NCBI GenBank assembly: GCA_003141555.1
Contig: PLMN01000015.1
Span: 9,411 to 73,410, forward strand
Direction: 5' to 3'
Origin: Candidatus Aminicenantes bacterium
GTDB taxonomy: Bacteria; Acidobacteriota; Aminicenantia; Aminicenantales; UBA4085
Length of the DNA stretch: 64,000 bases
In this document: positions 40,058-48,174 of the stretch, piece after piece
How positions within the stretch are numbered: the first letter of the stretch is position 1
Layout of the letters: each line of letters begins with the position of its first letter
Position numbers and translations under genes: made by a program
The notes under the pieces: generated by a model
Seen by the model: only the letters and a program-made list of their open reading frames with translations
Told to the model about the DNA's origin: nothing
Database searches by the model: none

Positions 40058-40546
40058 ATGGTGATCATCGTATTTTTCGCCTTGGCCGTCATCTGCACCG
40101 GCGCGGTGCTGGGCATGATCTTCTCCCGCAACCAGGCCACGAGCGCCTTGTTGCTCGTCCTTGCCTTCGCCGCCCTCGGCGGCCTGTTCGGGCTCCTGGG
40201 CGCGCCATTCCTGGCCGTCGTCCAGGTCATCATCTATGCCGGCGCGATCATGGTCCTGTTCATCTTCGTGATCATGATGATCAACATGGGCCAGGGCATC
40301 GCTCCCGAGAAGAAAAAGGGAATCATCGTCCTGGCCTGCGCCATGGCCATCGTCCTCTTGATCGAGCTCGTGTTCGCCGGGCGAGGGTCGCTGCCGGGAG
40401 CCGGCGTCACCGGTCCGGGCGTGACGCCGACCGATCTCGGGCGTCTTCTCTTCACCACCTACGCCTATCCTTTCGAGCTTACGTCGGTCCTCATCCTCGC
40501 CGCGCTCGTCGGGGCCATCGCCCTGGTCAAGAAGAGGGAGCCATGA
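40058..40546 (+). CDS. nuoJ: NADH-quinone oxidoreductase subunit J
   Basis: VQVIIYAGAIMVLFIFVIM, YPFELTSVLILAALVGA. Confidence 0.88.
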   Translation: MVIIVFFALAVICTGAVLGMIFSRNQATSALLLVLAFAALGGLFGLLGAPFLAVVQVIIYAGAIMVLFIFVIMMINMGQGIAPEKKKGIIVLACAMAIVLLIELVFAGRGSLPGAGVTGPGVTPTDLGRLLFTTYAYPFELTSVLILAALVGAIALVKKREP

Positions 40547-40848
40547 CCGTCCCGGCCGGCTACTTCTTCGTCCTCAGCCTCGTCCTTTTCGTCCTGGGGA
40601 TCGTGGCCTTCTTCGTGAAGCGGGACCTGATCTCGCAATTCATGGCGATCGAGGTCATGCTCAACAGCGCCAACCTGGCCTTCCTGGCCTTGGCCCGCCA
40701 GGCGCATTTTGCGGACGCCCAGGTCGTCGTCTTTTTCATCATCACCGTGGCGGCGGCCGAAGCCGCGATCGGCCTGGCCATCGTCCTCGTCATCTTCCGG
40801 CGGCGGAAATCCATCCGGACGGCCGACCTGAACTCGTTGAAAGGCTGA
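40543..40848 (+). CDS. nuoK: NADH-quinone oxidoreductase subunit K
   Basis: IEVMLNSANL, VAAAEAAIGLAI. Confidence 0.92.
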   Translation: MTVPAGYFFVLSLVLFVLGIVAFFVKRDLISQFMAIEVMLNSANLAFLALARQAHFADAQVVVFFIITVAAAEAAIGLAIVLVIFRRRKSIRTADLNSLKG

Positions 40849-40849
40849 T

Positions 40850-42754
40850 ATGAGGGATCTGTTCTGGCTTATCCCCTTCCCTCCAGCCGCCAGCGCCCTC
40901 GCTCTCATCCTCTTCGGCCGCTTCCTGTCCCGGAAATGGGTGACCATCCAGGCCTGCGGGTCGGTCTTGGTTTCATTCCTGCTGTCGATATTCTCCTTCG
41001 CCGGCCTGTTCGGCTCCGCAGGCGAGTCGCTGCCCTGGATCAAAATCCTGTCGCCCTGGATCAAGGCCGGGGCGTTCGGCGCCGACTTCGGCTTTCAGTT
41101 CGATCCCCTCTCGGCCGTGATGGTCCTCGTCGTCACGGGCGTCGGCCTCCTGATCCACGTCTATTCGGTGGGCTACATGGCCCACGACAAGGGATACACT
41201 CGCTACTTCGCCTATCTGAACCTGTTCATGTTCGCGATGCTCCTCCTGGTCCTGGCCTCCAACATGGTCCTCATGTTCGTCGGCTGGGAAGGGGTGGGCT
41301 TATGCTCGTATCTTCTCATCGGCTTCTGGTTCGAGAGGAAATCGGCCTCCGCCGCCGGGAAAAAGGCGTTCATCGTCAACCGGATCGGGGATGCGGGCTT
41401 TCTCCTGGGACTCCTCTTCCTCCTGACGATCGTGGGCAGCTCGGATTTCACGGCCATCAACGGCGCCGTCCGGGGCGGCACGATCGGCGGGGGCCTGGCG
41501 ACGCTCATCGCGCTGCTCCTTTTCGTCGGGGCGACAGGCAAATCCGCCCAGATCCCGCTCTACATCTGGCTCCCGGATGCCATGGAAGGTCCCACGCCGG
41601 TGAGCGCCCTCATCCATGCCGCGACCATGGTCACGGCCGGCGTCTATATGGTTGCCCGCCTGAACGTCCTTTTCGGCGCCTCCGGATCGGCCGGCGATGT
41701 CGTGGCCATCATCGGCGCGGCGACCGCGGTCTTTGCCGCCACGATGGCCCTGACCCAGAACGACATCAAGCGCGTCCTCGCCTATTCGACGATCTCGCAA
41801 CTCGGGTACATGTTCCTGGGCTGCGGCGTCGGGGCTTACGCGGCCGGCGTCTTTCATCTCGCGACCCACGCCTTCTTCAAGAGCCTCCTGTTCCTCTCGG
41901 CCGGGAGTGTTATCCACGCCTTGTCCGGGGAACAGGACATGAGGAAAATGGGCGGCCTCAGGAAATACCTGCCCCGGACGTATCCTCCGTTCCTCGTCGG
42001 CGCGATCGCCATTTCCGGTGTTCCGTTCCTGTCGGGCTTCTTCTCCAAGGACGCGATCCTGACATCGGCCTTCGCCCAAGGGAAGACAATCCTCTGGGCC
42101 CTCGGTCTGGCCGGGGCGATCATGACCGCCTTCTATATGTTCCGCCTGATCTTCATGACCTTCCACGGCCCCGAGCGGATCTCGGAAGAGGCCAAGAGCC
42201 ATCTCCACGAATCGCCGAAGGTCATGACGGTTCCCCTCGCGATCCTGGCCGTTTTTTCGATCATCGCCGGCTACGTGGGTCTGCCCGCCATCCTGGGTGA
42301 AAAGGCGGACCTGTTTCGGCGCTTCCTTGCGCCCGTCATCTCCCCTGCCGCCGAAGCCCGCGCCTTGTCCATCGGCGCGGAGGGACTTCTCATTCTGGCC
42401 TCGGCCGGGGCGGCATTCCTGGGGATTTTCGTGGCTTATCTCTTTTATATCAGGTCCCCGCACCTGCCCCAGGCCCTGGCGGACCGCCTCCCCTTCGTCC
42501 ACAAGCTTCTTTACAACAAATATTACGTCGACGAGGCCGTCGGGGCCGTCGTCATCCGTCCCCTCATCCGGGGCTCGGATCTGGTTTATTCCGGGTTCGA
42601 CCTGAAAGTCATCGACGGCGCGATCAACGGCTCGGCCGCGGCGGCGGGATTCTTTGGGAAAGCCCTGAGCTTTCTCCAGACGGGGTTCGTCAAGGATTAC
42701 GCCTTCGCCTTCCTCCTGGGCGTCGCTCTCATCCTGGGAGTCTTCCTCTTCTAA
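40850..42754 (+). CDS. nuoL: NADH-quinone oxidoreductase subunit L
   Basis: GWEGVG, NRIGD, GKSAQIPL..WLPDAMEGPTPVSALIHAATMVTAG; long C-terminal region. Confidence 0.93.
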   Translation: MRDLFWLIPFPPAASALALILFGRFLSRKWVTIQACGSVLVSFLLSIFSFAGLFGSAGESLPWIKILSPWIKAGAFGADFGFQFDPLSAVMVLVVTGVGLLIHVYSVGYMAHDKGYTRYFAYLNLFMFAMLLLVLASNMVLMFVGWEGVGLCSYLLIGFWFERKSASAAGKKAFIVNRIGDAGFLLGLLFLLTIVGSSDFTAINGAVRGGTIGGGLATLIALLLFVGATGKSAQIPLYIWLPDAMEGPTPVSALIHAATMVTAGVYMVARLNVLFGASGSAGDVVAIIGAATAVFAATMALTQNDIKRVLAYSTISQLGYMFLGCGVGAYAAGVFHLATHAFFKSLLFLSAGSVIHALSGEQDMRKMGGLRKYLPRTYPPFLVGAIAISGVPFLSGFFSKDAILTSAFAQGKTILWALGLAGAIMTAFYMFRLIFMTFHGPERISEEAKSHLHESPKVMTVPLAILAVFSIIAGYVGLPAILGEKADLFRRFLAPVISPAAEARALSIGAEGLLILASAGAAFLGIFVAYLFYIRSPHLPQALADRLPFVHKLLYNKYYVDEAVGAVVIRPLIRGSDLVYSGFDLKVIDGAINGSAAAAGFFGKALSFLQTGFVKDYAFAFLLGVALILGVFLF

Positions 42755-42758
42755 GACG

Positions 42759-44315
42759 ATGAGTATGCCCCTCCTGAGCCTGATCACGTTCCTGCCGTTG
42801 GCGGCGGCTGTCCTTCTCATCTTCTTCCCCAAGGATCGGAAGCGCCTTCTCTACGGGTTCGCTCTGGGCGTAACCGTCGCCGTCTTCGCCGCGTCGCTCA
42901 TCCTCTATTTCGGGTTCGACTCCGCGGCCGCCGGGCCGCAGTTCGTCGAAAGGACGGCCTGGCTGGGCTTTGGAATCCAATACCATGTCGGCGTAGACGG
43001 GATCAGCTTGTTCCTGGTGCTGCTCACGACGTTCCTCCTGCCCCTCGTCCTCCTTTCCTCCTGGTCCTACATCCGCGAGCGGATCAAAGAATACCTCATC
43101 TTCATGCTCCTCCTCGAGACGGGCATCCTGGGCGTTTTCCTGTCGCTCAACCTGTTCCTTTTCTACGTATTCTGGGAAGCGGCCTTGATCCCGATGTATT
43201 TTTTGATCGGCATCTGGGGCGGAAAGCGCCGGGTCTACGCCACCATGAAGTTCGTCCTGTTCACGATGGCCGGGAGCCTGCTGATGCTGGCCGCCATCTT
43301 CACTCTCTCCTCGCTGTTTTTCAAGGCGACGGGGACATATTCGCTCAACGTCTTCGACCAGGCGCGGATGGTGCTCAACCCGCGCCTCCAGACCTGGCTC
43401 TTCCTGGCGTTCGGCTTGGCCTTCGCCATCAAGGTGCCGATGTTCCCCTTCCACACGTGGCTGCCCGACGCCCACGTCGAGGCGCCGACCGGGGCCTCGA
43501 TCCTCCTGGCCGCAGTTCTTCTGAAGATGGGCTCCTACGGCTTTCTCCGCTTCGCCATCCCCCTGTTCCCGGACGCCGTCGAGCGGTTCCTGCCGGTGCT
43601 GTCCGTCCTCTGCCTGATCGGCATTATCTATGGGGGGCTGATGGCCCTCATCCAGAAGGACATCAAGTCCCTGGTCGCCTATTCGAGCGTCAGCCATATG
43701 GGCTTGGTCATGCTGGCCGTTTTCTCGCTCAATGTCGAGGGGACGCTCGGCGCGATCTACCAGATGCTCAATCATGGCCTGAGCACCGGTGCCCTCTTCC
43801 TGGCCGTCGGCATTCTCTATGAGCGGGCCCATACCCGTCTCATCAGGGATTTCGGCGGAGTCAGCAAGCAGATGCCCGTGTTCTCGGCCTTCTTCCTCAT
43901 TGCGGTGCTGTCCTCGGCCGGCCTCCCCGGCCTGAACGGCTTCATCGGAGAGATCACCTGCCTCTACGGCGTCTTCGCCGCGAACAAGGTCTATGCCGCC
44001 CTCGCGGTGACGACCCTCATCCTGGGAGCGGCCTATCTCCTTTGGATGTTCCAGCGGGTCATGCAGGGGCCGGTCACGAATGAAAAGATCCTGTCTTTCC
44101 CCGACATGAGCTGGCGGGAAATCGCGTGCTTTGCCCCGATCGTGGTCCTGATGTTCTGGATGGGGATCGCGCCCAGGGCTTTCACCGGCAAGATGGACGC
44201 CTCGGTAACCGCCTATGTCCATAGAATCAAAGGCCGCGAGCGCGTCTTCGTCCAGAAAGCGGTCCCCTCGCCCGTAAGCTTCCGCCTCGATGCAGAGGAG
44301 CGGCTGCCCCGATGA
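42759..44315 (+). CDS. nuoM: NADH-quinone oxidoreductase subunit M
   Basis: GVDGIS, FWE, KVPMFPFHTWLPDAHVEAP, AYSSVSHMG, LPGLNGFIGE. Confidence 0.93.
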   Translation: MSMPLLSLITFLPLAAAVLLIFFPKDRKRLLYGFALGVTVAVFAASLILYFGFDSAAAGPQFVERTAWLGFGIQYHVGVDGISLFLVLLTTFLLPLVLLSSWSYIRERIKEYLIFMLLLETGILGVFLSLNLFLFYVFWEAALIPMYFLIGIWGGKRRVYATMKFVLFTMAGSLLMLAAIFTLSSLFFKATGTYSLNVFDQARMVLNPRLQTWLFLAFGLAFAIKVPMFPFHTWLPDAHVEAPTGASILLAAVLLKMGSYGFLRFAIPLFPDAVERFLPVLSVLCLIGIIYGGLMALIQKDIKSLVAYSSVSHMGLVMLAVFSLNVEGTLGAIYQMLNHGLSTGALFLAVGILYERAHTRLIRDFGGVSKQMPVFSAFFLIAVLSSAGLPGLNGFIGEITCLYGVFAANKVYAALAVTTLILGAAYLLWMFQRVMQGPVTNEKILSFPDMSWREIACFAPIVVLMFWMGIAPRAFTGKMDASVTAYVHRIKGRERVFVQKAVPSPVSFRLDAEERLPR

Positions 44316-45745
44316 GCGCCTACGCCGCCCTCGTCCCGCTCCTCATTATCGTCGGGGGGGCTATCTTCATCCTCCTCCTGGAAGCTTTCTGGAAGCCCGC
44401 GAGCAAGACTCCCCTCGCCGCTCTGGCCCTCCTTGCCGCAGCCGGCTGCGGAGCCGCCTGCGCTCGCCTCTGGAGCCGGGGGGCTTCGGCCTTCGGCGGG
44501 ATGCTCCGCCTCGACGACCTGGCCCTGGCCTTCACCGTGATCTTTCTTGTCGCGGTCGCGTTCACCATCCTGATCGCCCTGAAATACCTGCCCCGCCAGA
44601 ATGCCGATTTCGGAGAATTTTACGGGCTCTTGTTGTTGGCCCTCTCCGGCCTGATGGTCATGGTCTCGTCCCCGAACCTGATCGTCGTCCTCCTCGGGCT
44701 GGAGATCCTTTCGGTTTCGAGTTACGCCCTGGCCGGGCTGAAGCGAGACGATGACCGGGCTACGGAAGCGGCCATCAAATATTTCCTCATGGGCAGCTTT
44801 GCCAGCGCCTTCCTCATCTTCGGGCTGGCGCTCCTTTACGGAGCGGCGCGGAGCCTCGAGATGCCCGCGGTCGCGGCCTCGTTCGCCGGGCCGTCGGGCG
44901 ACTCCCTCCTCGGCCTGGCGGGTCTCGTCCTGGTCATCATCGGCTTCGGCTTCAAGATCGCCCTGGTCCCCTTCCACATGTGGACCCCCGACGTCTACCA
45001 GGGCGCGCCGACGCCCGTCACGGCGTTCTTCGCCGTCGGGCCCAAGGCGGCCGGATTCGCCGTGCTCTTCAAGCTCGTCGCCCCGGTCGGGGACCAGGCC
45101 TTCCGCTCGGCCAAGATCCAGGTCGTCCTCGGCATCGTGGCCGGGCTGACGATGCTCGTCGCGAGCCTGACCGCCCTCCGCCAGAAGAACATCAAGCGGC
45201 TCCTTGCCTATTCGGGCATCGCCAACGCCGGCTACCTGTTGGTCGCCGTCCTCTCCGGTGACGGCGTCGGCCTGATGTTCTTCCTGGCGGTCTACCTCTT
45301 CATGAGCTTCGGGGCCTTCGGGGCGCTTATCGCCATGAGCCGGGCCGGCGAGGAGTTCCACGACCTGGACGACTTCGCCGGCATCGGGGCCAAATACCCC
45401 TGGCTCGGGGCTCTATTTGCCGTCTTTCTTATTTCCCTCGCGGGCTTCCCGCCCCTCGGCGGATTCTTGGCCAAATATTATATCTTCGCCGCGGCGGTCC
45501 ACAAAGGACTGACCCCGCTCGTCCTGATCGGCCTTCTGGCGAGCCTGATTTCGGCTTATTATTATCTCCGGATTGTTGTTTTCATGTACATGCGCGAGCC
45601 CGTTCGCAACATCGAGCTCGACCTCGATGTCCCGGCGGTATACCTCGTTCTCTTCCTCTGCCTCTATGGCGTTCTCCAGCTTGGGCTGTTCCCGGGCCGG
45701 ATCCTCGTCTTTCTCAAGCAGGCTTTGGCCTCGCTTGTATTGTAG
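44312..45745 (+). CDS. nuoN: NADH-quinone oxidoreductase subunit N
   Basis: LEILS, EAAIKYF, FKIALVPFHMWTPDVYQGAP, KRLLAYS, LAGFPP. Confidence 0.93.
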   Translation: MSAYAALVPLLIIVGGAIFILLLEAFWKPASKTPLAALALLAAAGCGAACARLWSRGASAFGGMLRLDDLALAFTVIFLVAVAFTILIALKYLPRQNADFGEFYGLLLLALSGLMVMVSSPNLIVVLLGLEILSVSSYALAGLKRDDDRATEAAIKYFLMGSFASAFLIFGLALLYGAARSLEMPAVAASFAGPSGDSLLGLAGLVLVIIGFGFKIALVPFHMWTPDVYQGAPTPVTAFFAVGPKAAGFAVLFKLVAPVGDQAFRSAKIQVVLGIVAGLTMLVASLTALRQKNIKRLLAYSGIANAGYLLVAVLSGDGVGLMFFLAVYLFMSFGAFGALIAMSRAGEEFHDLDDFAGIGAKYPWLGALFAVFLISLAGFPPLGGFLAKYYIFAAAVHKGLTPLVLIGLLASLISAYYYLRIVVFMYMREPVRNIELDLDVPAVYLVLFLCLYGVLQLGLFPGRILVFLKQALASLVL

Positions 45746-45764
45746 GAACCTTAAAGGAGGTCCC

Positions 45765-47120
45765 ATGAAGAAGATGCTGTTCGTCCTCGGACTTGTGCTC
45801 GGCCTGGTCACGGCGTCCTCGGCGACGATCGTGACGAACATGAACCAGAGCGCCATGTATCTCCGGCTGCTCTCCCGGAACGCCTCGACCGACATCGACG
45901 CCGTCTATTACAACCCGGCGGGCCTGACCCGCCTTGCGGACGGCTGGCACGTCGGGTTGAACAACCAGACCGTCTTCCGAACCAATACCGTCGTCAACGA
46001 TTTCCCGTACCTCAACAACCATCAATACGACGGCAAGATCACCGTCCCGATCTACCCGGGGATTTATGTCGCCTACAAGAAAGGTCCTCTCGCCCTGTCG
46101 TTCGGCTTCTGTCCCAGCGCCGGCGGCGGCACGGCCGATTACGCCAAGGGCCTGCCGTCCTTCGAGTGGGTCTATTCCGCCGTTCCCCTCATGATCAGCA
46201 GCATGGGAATTCCGACGTCGGGCTACACGGCGGATATCGCCTTCAAGGGCAGTTCGATATATCTCGGCTTTCAGTTCAATGTATCTTATGCCTTCACCGA
46301 CGAGCTCTCGGGGGCCTTCGGCCTGCGTTACGTCAACGCGTTCAATCACTACGAAGGCCACATCCGGAGCGTCATGGTCAATCCAACCTATCCGGCCATA
46401 GGCCTAACCGGGTCTTACATCCCCGCGGCCACGTTCTTCACGATGGTCGGCCAGCCGGCGTATGCGGCCATGATGGGCAACCAAACCATCGATACCGATC
46501 AGGCCGCTCAAGGCGTGACGCCCATCCTCAGCCTGAACTATGCGCCCCTGCCCAACCTGAATCTTGCGGTCAAGTACGAATTCGTGACCAAGCTCACCTT
46601 CCAGAACCTGACGAAGACCGACACGACCGGGAGCTTCCCCAACGGCGTCATGAATAACGACGACGTTCCGGCCTTCCTCTCCGTAGGAGTGGAATGGCTC
46701 GTCCTGCCCGCCTTCAAGGTGACGGCATCCTACAACTACTTCTTCGATAAGGACGCCGATTGGGCGGGCCGGGAGAAATACGTCAATAACAACTCCTATG
46801 ACGCCGCCCTGGGCGTGGAATATGCGGTCACGGATTGCCTCGCCTTGAGCGCCGGCTACCTCTATACCCGATATGATCTGGCCCCCGGCTTCCAATCGGA
46901 CGAGGCCTTCAGCTTGGGAGCAAATTCCTATGGCGGAGGGGCGAGGATCAAGATCAGCAAGGCATTCGACGTCGACCTGTCGGTCATGAACTCCGTCAAT
47001 ACGTCTGCCCAGAAGCTGCTCACGTTCATCACTCCGACCGGCAGCAACATGGGCAGCTATCTCGAACACTATTCCCAGAAGTCATTCGTCTTCGCGGTCG
47101 GCCTGAATTTTCATTTGTAA
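45765..47120 (+). CDS. OmpP1/FadL-family outer-membrane transporter
   Basis: SD AAGGAGG, signal peptide, DAVYYNPAGL hatch motif, beta-barrel strands, C-terminal LNFHL. Confidence 0.75.
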   Translation: MKKMLFVLGLVLGLVTASSATIVTNMNQSAMYLRLLSRNASTDIDAVYYNPAGLTRLADGWHVGLNNQTVFRTNTVVNDFPYLNNHQYDGKITVPIYPGIYVAYKKGPLALSFGFCPSAGGGTADYAKGLPSFEWVYSAVPLMISSMGIPTSGYTADIAFKGSSIYLGFQFNVSYAFTDELSGAFGLRYVNAFNHYEGHIRSVMVNPTYPAIGLTGSYIPAATFFTMVGQPAYAAMMGNQTIDTDQAAQGVTPILSLNYAPLPNLNLAVKYEFVTKLTFQNLTKTDTTGSFPNGVMNNDDVPAFLSVGVEWLVLPAFKVTASYNYFFDKDADWAGREKYVNNNSYDAALGVEYAVTDCLALSAGYLYTRYDLAPGFQSDEAFSLGANSYGGGARIKISKAFDVDLSVMNSVNTSAQKLLTFITPTGSNMGSYLEHYSQKSFVFAVGLNFHL

Positions 47121-47144
47121 GCTTAGACCGCGCTTCGACACGCA

Positions 47145-47180
47145 GGAGGGGGCCCATCCTCAAACAGGCAGGCTCCCTCT
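47145..47180. terminator. Possible hairpin terminator between convergent genes
   Basis: GGAGGGGGCC...GGCTCCCTCT stem (with G-U pairs) followed by a pyrimidine tract; no clean U run. Confidence 0.3.
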
Positions 47181-47234
47181 TCTTCCCTCTGACGAAGGGA
47201 CTCCCGGGGCAGCGGCGCGAGGCGCGCGCGCCGA

Positions 47235-48173
47235 TCAGCGCTTCCGGCTGAACCGGGCGAATTCCCCGTCGAGCACCTTGATCTCCCCATATCCTTTGTG
47301 GACATAAACCCTGTATCTTAAATTCAGGGTCGATCCCCGCTTGAGGGTTATCGGCCCCGGAAACAGCAAAGCCGTGCCGACATAGGCGATTTCGTCGTCG
47401 TCCCGGCTTCGGTCCCGCCACCACGGCGCGGGAAAGCGTGGATTCCCGGGATGGGCTAGGATCGCGATCCCCAGCGGGCCGAACTCCCGATCGATGACGC
47501 CCGACAGGTCGATCCAGGCCGCGGGCGCTTGATGGACATCCATGAGGGTCCGTCCTTCGCTGTTCAAGTATCGGGGCTCTTTCCAATCCGCGGCCGCGCG
47601 GAAGAACAGGCCCGCGTAGCCCGTATCCTTTCCCAGCTCGACGTCTCCGCCGCCAGGCGCGAACGTCATATCCCAATCGATGGCGTAGGAACCGTCCGGC
47701 CGCGGCATTTCGATTTCGACGCGCCGCTTTTCTTTGAGCAGGACTTCGGTCCCCCTCCGATAATCGATGGTCAGGACGATCGCCGCGCCGCGATCGGTCG
47801 TGTTCACCTCTTCGTCGCCGATCGACTCCGTCCGGCCCGCCGGTTCCGATCGGGGATCCTTGAGGTCGCGAAACTCCCAGAAATTCGTCCCGTTGATGAA
47901 CTTCGAGGAAAACCAGAGAGCCCGGTGCCAGAGATGGTCCTTGGGCGACAGTCCGGTCATGATGGGTCCGCCCGGCAGGCGAAGGGGATGAAAATAGGGC
48001 CAGTTGTCCTCGGCCGCGAAATGGAGAACCCAGAGCGGGACGCCGTCTTCGAGAAGGGCAAGCCCGCGGCCTTTCTCGGGCCGCCATTCCAAGCCCTTTC
48101 GCGCCTGAGGCGCGGCGAGAAGGACCGTGCCCGTCGCGAGCGCCGCCGCGATAAGCGCCCTGAGTGCTCGCAT
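47235..48173 (-). CDS. Exported DUF6807/'PmoA-like' protein
   Basis: Signal peptide; PYFHPL, DHLWHRALWF, YAGLFFR, W.DLSG, HPGNP pattern. Confidence 0.7.
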   Translation of the reverse strand: MRALRALIAAALATGTVLLAAPQARKGLEWRPEKGRGLALLEDGVPLWVLHFAAEDNWPYFHPLRLPGGPIMTGLSPKDHLWHRALWFSSKFINGTNFWEFRDLKDPRSEPAGRTESIGDEEVNTTDRGAAIVLTIDYRRGTEVLLKEKRRVEIEMPRPDGSYAIDWDMTFAPGGGDVELGKDTGYAGLFFRAAADWKEPRYLNSEGRTLMDVHQAPAAWIDLSGVIDREFGPLGIAILAHPGNPRFPAPWWRDRSRDDDEIAYVGTALLFPGPITLKRGSTLNLRYRVYVHKGYGEIKVLDGEFARFSRKR

Positions 48174-48174
48174 G

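Noticed and set aside
40058-45745. Mrp Na+/H+ antiporter interpretation
   Set aside because: Order and motifs match NuoJ/K/L/M/N; no MrpE/F/G or MrpB-like genes.
47235-48173. Methane monooxygenase interpretation of the 'PmoA-like' family
   Set aside because: Soluble exported protein with no pmoB/pmoC; the family name is misleading.
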